Shown here one piece after another: positions 1-12,340 of a stretch of 64,000 bases of DNA. The DNA is from the human T2T-CHM13v2.0 reference genome, Homo sapiens. Every line of letters begins with the position of its first letter. Within the stretch, counting starts at the first letter, position 1. The stretch lies in the NCBI RefSeq assembly GCF_009914755.1, contig NC_060945.1. One strand, 5' to 3'. A program made the translations under genes and the position numbers. The notes beneath the pieces are model-generated. The model was not told where the DNA came from, did no database searches, and saw nothing but the letters and a program-made list of their open reading frames with translations.

Positions 1-700
1 TTCTCAGAATTCAGGTGTGTCCTCAGAATGCTACAAAGTACAGCCCATTTAAGCTCCTGTATAGATGCACCTTTTTATTAGGCCCCCGTCTCATTCCAGA
101 CACCAGACCAACTTGGATTGTGCCCCAAAAAACTTGTCATCACTACTGTCTTCTGTCTAGTCATACTCCTATTCACCGTTCTCAACTACTCATACATGCC
201 CTGCTCTTGTTTACACTGCCAGTTTACACTGTTTCTCCAAGCCATCACAGCTGATATCTCCTGGTGCTATCCCCAAACCGCCACTCTAACTCTTAAAGTA
301 AATAAATAATCTTTGCTGGCAGGGCTATGCTGAACCTCCTTAGGCACTCTCTAATTAGATGTCCTGGATCCTCCCAATTCTTATTCCTTTAGTACCTGTT
401 TTTCTCCTTATCTTATTCCGTTTAGTTTTTCAATTCATACAAAACCATATCCAGGCCATCACCAATAATTCTAAATGACAAATGTTTCTTCTAACAACCC
501 CACAATATCACCCCTTACCACAAATCTTCCTTCAGTTTAATCTCTCCCACTCTAGGTTCCCACGCTGCCCCAATCCCGCTCGAAGCAGCCCTGAGAAACA
601 TCGCCCATTATCTCTCCATACCATTCCCCAAAATTTTCGCCGTCCCAACATTTTACCACTATTTCATTTTATTTTTCTTATTAACATAAGAAGACAGGAA
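1..700 (+). mobile_element. HERV-H internal 3' end (integrase tail/env remnant), provirus A; its 5' part lies outside the window
   Basis: Colinear with 21660-22359 of provirus B; ends in the polypurine tract AAGAAGACAGGAA (688-700) directly before the LTR. Confidence 0.95.
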
Positions 701-1106
701 TGTCAGGCCTCTGAGCCCAAGCTAAGCCCTCATATCCCTTGTGACCTGCACGTACACATCCAGGTGGCCGGTTCCTGCCTTAACTGCTGACATTCGACCA
801 CAAAAGAAGTGAAAATGGCCTGTTCCTGCCTTAACTGATGGCATTATCTTGTGAAATTCCTTTTCCTCGCTCATCCTGGCTCAAAAGCTCCCCCACTGAG
901 TACCTTGTGACCCCCCCACTCCTGCCCGCCAGAGAAGAACCCCCCTTTTTCCTTTACCTATCCAAATCTTATAAAACAGCCCCACCCCTATCTCCCTTCA
1001 CTGACTCTCTTTTCGGACTCAGCCCACCTGCACCCAGGTGAAATAAACAGCTTTATTGCTCACACAAAGCCGGTTTGGTAGTCTCTTCACACGGATGCGC
1101 ATGAAA
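701..1106 (+). mobile_element. LTR7-family 3' LTR of HERV-H provirus A
   Basis: Starts TGTCAGGCCTCTGAGCCCAAGCTAAGC and ends GCGCATGAAA; TATA-like TATAAAA near 970; AATAAA at 1042-1047. Confidence 0.96.
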
Positions 1107-1339
1107 CTTATTCGTTTTTTCTGCTTCTATTACTATTTGATACTCTCTTATTCAGCTGTTTACCTTTGTTTCTCACCCCTGCTTGAATGTAAGCTCCACA
1201 AAATTGGAAACAAACTTGTTTTCTGTTGAGTGCCCAGAATATAAACTGGACTCTTATACACATGAAAAGCTCCATAGTTATTGAAGGAAATAAGCAGAGT
1301 GCTTCAACAATACCAAATGACTTGTGGCTATCAAAATGT

Positions 1340-1811
1340 TGTATTAGTCCACTCTCACATTGCTATAAAGAACTGCCCGAGACTGGGTAATTTATAAAGA
1401 CAAGAAGTTTAATTGACTTACAGTTCCACATGGCTGGGGAGGCCTCAGGAAACTTACAATCATGGCAGAAGGGGAAGAAGGTACACCTTACATGGTGGCG
1501 GGTGAGAGAGAGCAAGCAAAGGGGGAAGACCCCTGTATAAAACCATCAGATCTTGTGAGAACTCACTCATTATCATGAGAACAGCATGGGGGAAACTGTC
1601 CGCATGTTCCAATCACCTCCGACCAGGGCAAAGGGGGAAGACCCCTGTATAAAACCATCAGATCTTGTGAGAACTCATTCATTATCATGAGAACAGCATG
1701 GGGGAAACTGTATGCATGTTCCAATCACCTCTGACAAGGGCCCTTCCTAGACACCTGGTGATCACAATTTGAGAAGAGATTTGGGTGAGGACATAAAGCC
1801 AAACCATATCA
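1340..1811 (-). mobile_element. THE1D-like MaLR solo LTR with an internal 112-bp tandem duplication
   Basis: Termini TGTATTAGTCC...CCAAACCATATCA; GAGACTGGGTAATTTATAAAG and GGCCTCAGGAAACTTACAATCATGGC motifs. Confidence 0.88.
1516..1739. repeat. Tandem duplication, 2 x 112 bp
   Basis: 1516-1627 versus 1628-1739, 5 mismatches by eye. Confidence 0.95.
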
Positions 1812-1954
1812 GTGTTCATTCTTGCCTATATGCCTTGTGAACATAGTATTCACTCTGTTTTGTTCCCCTTGCCTGCTGAGACAATGCCAATGTGTTCTTT
1901 AATATTTAATTTTAATGTATCATCTCTCTGAAGATTTTGGTGACTGTCTTCATT

Positions 1955-2375
1955 TCTATTTCAGTATTCATTGCTATGTAAAAAACCATCCCCAATCATA
2001 GTGGCTTAAAACACTCATAGTTTATTATTTCTGAAATATCTCATCTTTATTAGGCTTAGCTTGGTAGTTCTCTGCTCTGTGTATGGTCATTCACTTAGCA
2101 GCATTGAGCTTGGAAGCTGGACTGGCTGATCTGAGGCTAAAAGGACAAATAAGACTTTACTAAATGGTTTAGTGTCACTCCATTTGGCTAGTGTGGGCTT
2201 CCTCCAAGCATCATGGTTTCAGACTAGTGTCCCTTCTTATATGGCAGCTAATTTCAAGAGAGAACATGAAATATACCAGGTTCTTAAAATCAAAACCCAG
2301 AATGGAACTGGCACAATGACATATCTGCCACATTCTATCGGCCAAAGAAAGCAACAAATACGCCTAGTTTCAAAA
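1955..2375. mobile_element. Old MLT1-type MaLR LTR remnant
   Basis: ATTGCTATGTAAAAAACCATCCCCAATCATAGTGGCTTAAAACA resembles an MLT1 terminus. Confidence 0.55.
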
Positions 2376-2380
2376 ACAGG

Positions 2381-2900
2381 TGTGATCATTCATTTTGATT
2401 CGGCCACAGAGTGCCCAGATATTTTTTCAAACATTATTCTGGGTGTATCTGTGGTGTGTCTGGATGAGATTAACATTTGAATTGGAGTAAAGGAGATTAC
2501 ACTTTCTAATGTGGGTGGCCCTTATCCAATCAGTTCAAGGTCTGAATGCAATAAAAAGGCTGACCCTTCCTTGAATAAGAGAAAATTCCTCCTATCTGCC
2601 TATCTTTGAGCTGGCACTTCAACTGTTTTTCCTGCTTTTGGACTCAGATTGAAACATTAGCTCTTCTAGGACCTCAAACCTTCCAGCCTTTGTACAAGAA
2701 GTATAGGAACTATACCATTGGCTTCCCTGAGTCTCTATCTTGCTATTCATCACACATATCTTGGGACTTTACAGAGTATGTCATTGGAGAATACATAATT
2801 GCATGAGAATTGCACACACACGTACATATAACATATACATATATTTATAAAACATATACATGTAATAAGTCTACATAAAATGGTTTGCTCTTCCTTTGAA
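2381..2900 (+). mobile_element. MLT2-type (ERVL) solo LTR
   Basis: GTGCCCAGATATTTTTTCAAACATTATTCTGGGTGTATCTGTG and GGATGAGATTAACATTTGAAT match the recalled MLT2B/D consensus; CA/TA-rich stretch near its end. Confidence 0.75.
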
Positions 2901-4672
2901 GAGCAACAGCATCCTGAGCTCTCCTGTTATGCCATTCACTACATACCTCTACAATTTGATGATTTATCTATCTTTTCTACTGGATTTTTAATACTTTAAG
3001 AGGGGAGATAACATTTCTCTCTACATGTCTAGCATTTGATCTCAATATAGTATTTAATGATACTTGGTGAATGAATGAATAATAAATGTACTCTATATTT
3101 ATAAATTTTTAATTCTTACTTTTATAAACTTTATAATTCCTTTTTAACTTCCATTTAGTTACTATATACTCCAAGAAATACACTGCACTATTTCTCTAAG
3201 ACACCATTTCTACCTTTAAGATCTTTAAATAATTCAGAACAATATAGAACCAATAATACACAATTGTTACTGTGCAGTATCTCTTCTCCATTTGAGCCAA
3301 AAGAAGATAACCTGGTTCTAACTAATAACATTATCCTATAAAACATTTTTTGAGATAAATTTTAAATTATAAAATTATTTTTATACTTAGAAAATTTTAA
3401 AAATCACACTAAAATAGCTATATTTTTTAAATCTATGAAAGAAGATCATACACTTTTCTAAAGATTTTGTGCTGAATTGATCCTTCTTTGTCTGAAAATA
3501 TTAGATATCCCAGTGTCAGAATTATCATGGGGTGTAAAGACTTCAGCACATATCTCTTATAAAGATTATGTCTGGGCTAATATCCCTCCTACCTCATTCT
3601 TTCCCCTCACACTGTGACCTCTGCATCTTTAACAAAGAAAAGACAATAAAAGACAATTTTAGAGCTTTGGAACGGCCTGAAGTTTGCTTTATCAAGGACA
3701 ATACTGGCAACTTTCCAGAAACCTGGAGGCCATGGCTCATCTGCAAATCATGTACATATATTTGCATGAATTTTATTTTGATTAGTAGCCTCAACCCATG
3801 ATGGTACTTAGGAAGAATGAAGCATTTTACATATATGAATAAATGAAGACAATTTAGTAGTCTTAATGCTCATGGCTGTATTTTCCCTATTTCTTAAGTC
3901 TAATTCTCCTCATCCATCCCCTTCTTGTTATTCCTTCTCTTTAAATTCATATGGGTGTTGCTTTTCTTTTTTGTTGTTGTTATTTTCTTTTTTTAGCATA
4001 CTGATTCTGTGTAGATGGTGGGAAGGAAGTTGCCCTGCTATTGTGTTTTATTGATCCATTTAACCTAGATCTATTATAAAATCATTATTACTTAGTGATT
4101 TTTGCAAAGTTTTTTTTTTTCATCTCAACTGAAATGAATTGGCATCTTTTTGGGCTGAGTCAGTGGAATACGTGAAGCTTGAAATCTGTGCAATTTTGTT
4201 TTGAAGAGGTTGTCTTTAAGGTGCTCCATAAACTAAAATATAATTTTAGGGACAAATATGTAAAAGCTGCATATAAATGTGCTAAAATAGGCAAAAAAGA
4301 ATTACTATTCTATTAACAGCTTTTAATTTTTATGAAACTTTGTATTGAAATAATAGAAAATTCTTGAGAGCATATGAGAAGTGATTAAATGGTGGTTAAT
4401 AACTAGTTTAATGACCAGTGATGTAAGTCTGTAAACTTTACCAAAAAATCCTTATGCACTTAATGTAGTCAATGACTGATAAAGAAAATGATTTTTCTCT
4501 GTGTATTCAATGTAGATTTTTCCCAGAGAATGAAAGGCAATCAATTCTAGATTTGGGGAAACAAAATTTTTTCTTCCTTACCTTGCTAATTCATTTTGTG
4601 TTCTTTCCTCTTTTCTGTTCTTTTCTCTCTTATTTTGTTCTTTTACAGTCTGACACACTTAATTTCTTTCTA

Positions 4673-4970
<298 letters not shown>

Positions 4971-6179
4971 TTCTAGTATTTTAGTATAGTCAGATTTTCT
5001 ACAAGCAATAATATATTTATGTTTGTATTAGTTATTTCTCAGTAGGGCCTAGTTTATTTATAAGGAATAATATTTATTTATTCCTCTTGTATTTGGAGCA
5101 ATGGAAAAACATATGAAATTATTTCAGAATATGATTAATGTCTCCCATTTATAAGCTGTAAAGATGGTAATACAGTTATAAATATTTAAAGATAAAAATC
5201 CACAAATATTATAGAGAACTCAATGTTACAAAGTAATAGAAATATTACTGTGAATAGTAATTTAGGAATTTAGGTTAAAATGAATTTGGAATTTGGATCC
5301 ATTGGTGTTTGATCACAGAAGCAGATGACAAGGAGAGATATAGAATAAAGAATTTATTATGAGGTAATCCTTTACACAACTATGGGATCTGATGAGGAAG
5401 ATCATGGAGAAGCTGTTGTACCTGAAGTCTTGTTGGTTGTCAGAGTCAGCAGTTGTGAAGGAGGGCTGCACTGGATAGAGTAGAATTGAGTGGAAATAAA
5501 CTAGGACTCATCAGGATAAACTGGAACTCATGAGGATAAATTAGAACTCAAATCTGATTTTCACAACCTCTAACCTGGCCTAAGGGACCTACAGGAGAAT
5601 GTAGTGCCCTTTGTCACAGAGTTGCTAATGCCCTTGTTCCAGAACGTGAAAATTCCAAAACGGAAGATCCAGTAGGATCTGGAGGGCTTCTCAGCCTGGC
5701 TGCTGCCACATAACAACAAGGTGAGCTAGTAGATGCACAAAAACATGAGAAAGCAGAAGCAATATCTAGTGCCCTACACTGAATTTCAGAAGGTCCACCT
5801 TCTGCTTTACTTCTGCCGTCTGAATTTTTTGCAAATTTCTCTTGCAGCCTGCCCTAACCAGGAACCATACCAGAAGAGCATTTGGAGAAAAGTACTTTCA
5901 GCTTAACCTAAGCTGATACAGAAAAATACATCACCATCAACCTTTTGTCTACTTTTCAAACATATGAACTTCTCTCGATTATATACCCATCATTCAAATA
6001 AAGACAATATTTGAGTCACCAAAAGTGCCGTGCAACCTCCTTTGTCCAACTAATTGCATTATAAACTTTTCTGCAGAAGAAAACACAAGTCCTTTATTGA
6101 TCTTAGGATGGTTTTACTCTTCTTCTAGCTGACATCTTCTTCCATTTCAATATTCCATCACTTAAATATTGATTTTTTC

Positions 6180-6671
6180 TTGGGGAAAATTTTCATAAGT
6201 ATTGTATATTTCTGCATGTCACCAAAGACATTAACAGCTATTTTACTTTGTACTGTCTTTCCAAGGACATTTGGAAGACAGAAATTGTTACCTCTTAGGA
6301 TAGTAAAAATAGAAGTTATTATTCTAGAGTAAGAAAGAAAATGTTTTTATCCAGAGGGGAGTATAATCCAAGATTTTCCTCTATACAATCTAGGACTCCT
6401 AATATCAGTATTACCTTCCTGCAATGTCTTCAATGCAATGGGCAGGCAACACATAGCTCTCATCACATCACATCATTCTGTAAGAATTGGGGCTTGAATA
6501 ACATTGGGGCACAATACTGTTACTTAGGCTAGTGCTATTGTTGTGAGTAATAAACTGTCTTTTGTCCCTGACCCAGGCATGTCATGTCTTCTGCTAGTAT
6601 CTATGGAACTGGCTAATCTGTTAACTTGCAAGTAGGGTAAAAACTCAGACCCTGAACACTTTCTAGTGACA
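6180..6671 (+). mobile_element. LTR47-like solo LTR
   Basis: 3' part AATAAA...CTGACCCAGG...TCTTCTGCTAG...CTTGCAAGTAGGGTAAAAACTCAGACCC; homologous to 57610-58113 in the opposite orientation. Confidence 0.6.
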
Positions 6672-6951
6672 CTGAGATATCAAATTGAAATTAAATCATC
6701 TATATACATGTAACATGCCATATAGTATGAAAATAAGGAAAATGGTTAATGTATCCAGAAAAATATCCATGTGAAAATAATAAAGTAACATTCATAGCTA
6801 TTATGATGCTCTTTTCTACAACTGGTCACATGGTTGTAGCTGATATTTATGACTTTCTTCTGCCATTGCTGATCCATATTTCCTTAGTTCTCACAAAGCT
6901 CTAGTTGGTTGTGGTCTCTTGTCTGTCAGAGTGAGCCAAATCTTCACTGTT

Positions 6952-7116
6952 GTTCTTAAATTGATACAAAACATTTGTTTGGATTTATGGGGTACATGGG
7001 ATATTTTATTACATGCATAGAATTTGTAATGATCAAGTCAGGGTATTTAGGGTATCATCACCTTAAATGTTTATTATTTCTTTGTGTTGGGAACATTTCA
7101 AGTCCTCTTTTCCAGG
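6952..7116 (-). mobile_element. L1MA 3'-terminal ~160 bp (poly(A)-proximal part of an inverted L1)
   Basis: Reverse complement reads GAGGACTTGAAATGTTCCCAACACAAAG...ACCCTGACTTGATCATTAC...CATGTACCCCATAAAT, the extreme L1MA 3' UTR. Confidence 0.85.
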
Positions 7117-7270
7117 TCACTAAAAGGGCCTAATAGACAGAGTACATTTCATCCAACAGCTTCATAATATACATCTTTCTATTTAGTACATAAAATAGTG
7201 TCCAGGATAGGTGACATGTTAAGCCACAAATAGAGTCTTAATAAATTAAAAAAATAGAAACTATGTCAAG

Positions 7271-7423
7271 TATTTTCTCAAATAACATTGTAATAAAACT
7301 ATAAATCAGTAAGAAGAAAAAATTTGGAAAGTATACAAATACATGAATATTTTATCAATTAATAATGTAATAAAATTATAAATCAGTAACAAGAATAATT
7401 TGGAAAGTATACAATACATAAAA
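7271..7423. repeat. Tandem duplication, 2 x ~77 bp, within L1 ORF2
   Basis: TATTTTCTCAAATAACATTGTAATAAAACTATAAATCAGTAA... at 7271 recurs, diverged, at 7348. Confidence 0.85.
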
Positions 7424-9957
7424 ATTAAACAACATGCCCCTGAATGACCATTGAGTCAATGAAGAAATTAAGAGGAAATCAAAATGTTTCTTGAAAAAAA
7501 TAAAAATTGAAACAAAAAATACCAAAACCTGAGATACAGCAAAAGCAGTACTAAAAAGGTTTATAATAATAAATGCATACATCAAAAAAGTAGAAATATT
7601 CAAATAAACAATCTAATGATTCACTTCAAGGAACCAGAAAAGCAAGAATGAACCAAATCCACATTAGTATAAGGAAAGAAATAATAAATATCAGAGCAGA
7701 ACTAAACAAAACAGAGACTAAAAACATTTACAAGAAATCAATGAAACAAAAGTTGTTTTTTGTAAAGATAAATTAAACTGATAAACCTCTAGCTAGAATA
7801 ACTAAGACAAAAAGATAAAAGACCCAAATAAATAAAATCAGATACAAAGACATTACAATTGAAACAACAGAAATACAAAAGATCATCAGAGACTGCTATG
7901 AACAACTATACTACCTAACTGGAAAGCCTACAGGAAGTGGATAAATTTCTGAACATATACAACCTAGCAAGATTGAATCAGAAAAAAATAGAAAACATGA
8001 ACAGACCAATAATGAGTAATGAGGTTAAATCAGTGATAAAAAGTCTCACAACAAAGAAAAGCCAATGACCAGATGGCTTCACTGCTGAATTCTATCAAAC
8101 TATTAAAGAAAAACTGACACCAATACTCTTCAATCTGTTTCAAAAAATTGGAGAGGGAAAGGAACACTCCCTAATTCATTCTAAAAGGCCAACATTACCC
8201 TGATACTAAAACCAGACAAGGATGGAACAAAAAAAGAAAACTACAGGCCAATATCTCTTATGACCATAGACATAAAAATCTTCAATACAATATTAGCAAA
8301 CTTAATACAACAGTATATCAAAAAGATGATACACTATGATGAGGAAAGATTTATATCAGGGATGCAAGGATGGCTCAACATATGCAAATCAATAAAGATA
8401 ATATATCACATCAACAGAATGAAGAACAAAAACTATATGATTACCTCATTAGTTGCAGAAACAGCATTTGAAGAATTTCAGCATCCTTTCATGATGAAAA
8501 CTCTCAGCAAATTAGGCATAGAAGGAACATATTTCAACATAATAAAGGCCATATTTGAAAACCCACGGCTAATATCATACTGAATGAGGAGGAACGGAAA
8601 GCCTTTCCTGTAAGAACTGGAGCAAGACAATGTCCACTTTCACCACACTTTTTTAATGTAGCACTAGAAGTTCTAGCTGGAGAAATCAGACAAGAGAAAG
8701 AAATAAAAAACCTCCAAACCACAAAGAAGGAAGTAAAGTTGTTTTATGCAGATGACATAATCTTATAAATTAGAAAAATCTGAGGACTCCACCAAAAAAT
8801 TCTTAGATCTAATGAATACATTGAGTAAACTTGCAGGATTCAAAATCAATATACAAAATAAGTAGCATTTCTACACATAAACGATAAACTAGTTGAAAAA
8901 AATCAAGAAGGCAATTCTATTTGTAATAGCTACAAAAAAGGAAAACCTAAGAATAAATTTAACCAAGGAGGTGAAAGATCACTACAAAGAAAGCTACAAA
9001 ACACCGATGAAAGAAATTGAAGCAGACACACAGATGGAAGGCCTTCCTATGTTTATGGATTGGAAAAACTAATATTGTTAAAATGACCATACTACCCAAG
9101 TAAATATACAGATTCAAAGCAATCTCTATCAAAATACCATTGTCATTTTTCAGAGAAATAAATAAAACCATCCTAAAGATTGTGTGGGACTAAGAAAGAT
9201 CTGAAATGGCCAAAGCCGTCCTGAGCAAAAAGAACAAAACTGGAAGCACCACACTACCCGACTTCAAAATATATTACAAGGATATAGTAACTGAAGAACC
9301 TGGTATTGGTATGAAAACAGAACATAGAACAATGAAATGGAATAGAGAACCTAGAAATAAATCCACGTATTTACAGCCAACTAGTCTTCAACAAAAGTAC
9401 CAAGAACATGAATCGAAGAAAGGACACCCTGTTAAATATATCATGCAGGGAAAACTGGATCCATATACAGAAGAATGAAACTAGACTCCTATTTCTCAGT
9501 GTATATGTAAATAAACTCAAAATGGATTAAAGACTTAAATATAAAACTGAAAGCTCTAAACCTACAAGAAAAAAATGTAGGGAAAGTACTTCAGGGCATT
9601 GTTCTAGGCAAAGATTTTATGGCCAAGGACTTAAAAGCACATGAAAAAAAGAAGCATCCAAATAAGACCATATTGAAATAAAAAGCTTCTGCACAGTAAA
9701 CAAAACAATCAACAAAATGAAGAGATAACACACAGAATCAGAGAAAATATTTGCAAACTGTTTGTCTAACAAGGAACTGATAATCCAGAATATACAAGGA
9801 ACTCAAACAACTCAATAGTAGAAAACAAACAATCCCATTTAAAGGTGGGCAAAGGACATTTCACAAAAGAAGACACACAAATGGCCAATAGTTATGAAAA
9901 TTGCTCAACATCACAAATTATCAAAGAAATGCAAATCAAAACCAAAATGAGATATCA

Positions 9958-10263
<306 letters not shown>

Positions 10264-12169
10264 AGAATGGTCATTATTAAAAAGACAAAAAAAAAACATG
10301 CTCGCAAGGTTATGGAGAAAATGGGACTCACGCACTTTTCATGGGAATGTAAATTTGTACAGCCACTCTTGCAAACAGTACGGAGATTTCTCAAAAAAAA
10401 AAAAAAGTAAAAATGCAACTACCACATGATCTGGCAATTCCACTACTGGATATTATTCAAATAAAATAAAACCAGTTCATCAAAGGGATACCTGCACCCC
10501 CATGTTTATTGCAATACTATTTACAATAACAGATATGGAATCAACCTAAGTGTCCATCAGTGGATGAATGGATTGTTTTAAATGTGCTATATATTCACAA
10601 TGGCATAGTATTTAGCCATTAAAAAGAATGAAATTGTATCATTTGCAGGAACAGTGATGAAATTGGAGGTCACTATGTTAAGTGAAATAAGTCAGATACA
10701 GAAAGACAAATATGTTCTCATGCATAGGTGAGACCTAAAAAAGCTAATCTCATGTAGGTAGAGAGTAGAATGATAGAACAGATACCAGAGCTGGAAAGGA
10801 GGAGTGGTGGGGGGAACAAATATACAGGTATTGGGTTCAAACATAAAGTTAGAGAGAAGAAATAAATTCTAACGTTTAATAGCAAAGTAAGGTGACTATA
10901 GTTAACAACAATGCATTATATATTTTAAACTTTCATTTCTGAGAAGATTGGATTAGTAGCCAACTTGCCTGATTCAGTTGTAGTATTCTGTTGAATTTAA
11001 TCACAGGACATAAAAATAGTAATAGGATCTCCAGGAAATCTCCAGCATTTCAGACTTAGTCCTCCTTGCCTCTATTATGTAATAGTGACCCAAGTTTCCC
11101 TTGACAGTCATAATTAATCACTCACCCATAAAGTAAACCTCTTGATTCACTGGCATGAGGAAGGCAGGTGGCCAATTTGGCAATGTTAACTCCCTGTTTA
11201 ATGAAACCATTGCTATGTCCCCTATTAGAAGTATTTCTTCCTTGGGAACAAGACTAATATAACCCACAGTTACGCAGATAGAAAACAAATGTTTCCACTA
11301 GAGGAACACTAGACATAGCAGTAAAAAAAAAAATTACTCAATTTTTAGTTCTTGATCCCTGGAACCATTACACCTGGCTTTGAGAGAAAAAACAAAGACA
11401 TCCCAGTAAAAGCATTCTAGAAAAAACAAAGACACCCTGAAAAACATTACCTTAGCCTCATGAACTATTGCCACCAAACTGGTGCCATAACTCAATTATC
11501 AAAAATTTAGTTCAATATTCAATGGGGTAACATGGTGAAGTTAATTGGTTGGATAAGCATAAGCCCATTGCCACATTGCTGTAAAATGAATGTCTGTTTC
11601 AGTGTAAACAAAGAATTGCCTCTTCTTTGACGGAAGAGGGCCTATGTAATCAACCTAATGTCAGATGGCTCACTGATCTTCCAAGATTAGTGCCATATTA
11701 GAGATTCAGTTTTGCTCTTTGCTGCTGGAAGGACAGAGACTCAGAATGGCTGCCACCATATTGACTGTGGTAAGTGAAAGTCCATGTTGCAGTTTCCATG
11801 TATCAACACCATTGTTATTCTGTTTATGGCCTTGGAAAATCACATGGGACAGATATGCATAGAATGAGTCATTGAGTCCCCTGAGTGTCCTCAGTAAGCA
11901 ATCATATGGAATACAATATTTTCATACCTCATATTCCACACCCAAAACTTTTCCTCAGACCTCCTTGTCACCAGTTTTCCAATCACATTTCTTAGAAGTC
12001 TCTAACCATCTTTCCTTCTAGAAAAAATGAATGATGTTGTACTACTTAATGTTCTGCCTCAGAAAGTTTCCTTACACCGCTGTTCCCCAAGGCAACACCA
12101 GAATGGGGCTGTAATAGTTAGTAAAACTATATACTTTATGAACACCCAACTTCAGTATATAAGGGCTCC

Positions 12170-12340
12170 TTCAGTAATCGATTTATCCTCTTTGTGCTTA
12201 AGTTTCCTCATCTGAAAAAAAATAGAAGTAAAACAGTATTTACATCTGTAACATTTTTGTGAGAGATCAATAATATCATGTGTGTAAATAAGACTGCCTG
12301 GCACTTGATAAAGGCTCAATAAGTGCTAACTGTCATCATT
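12170..12340 (+). mobile_element. MIR fragment
   Basis: AGTTTCCTCATCTGAAAAAA and TGCCTGGCAC...GCTCAATAAGTGCTAACTG core motifs. Confidence 0.7.

Noticed and set aside
1-1106. Segmental duplication with 21660-22764
   Set aside because: Similarity ends exactly at the LTR end and provirus B has its own TSD.
5503-5550. Short repeats of ACTCATnAGGATAAA
   Set aside because: Low-copy slippage inside an old LTR-like sequence, with no sign of function.
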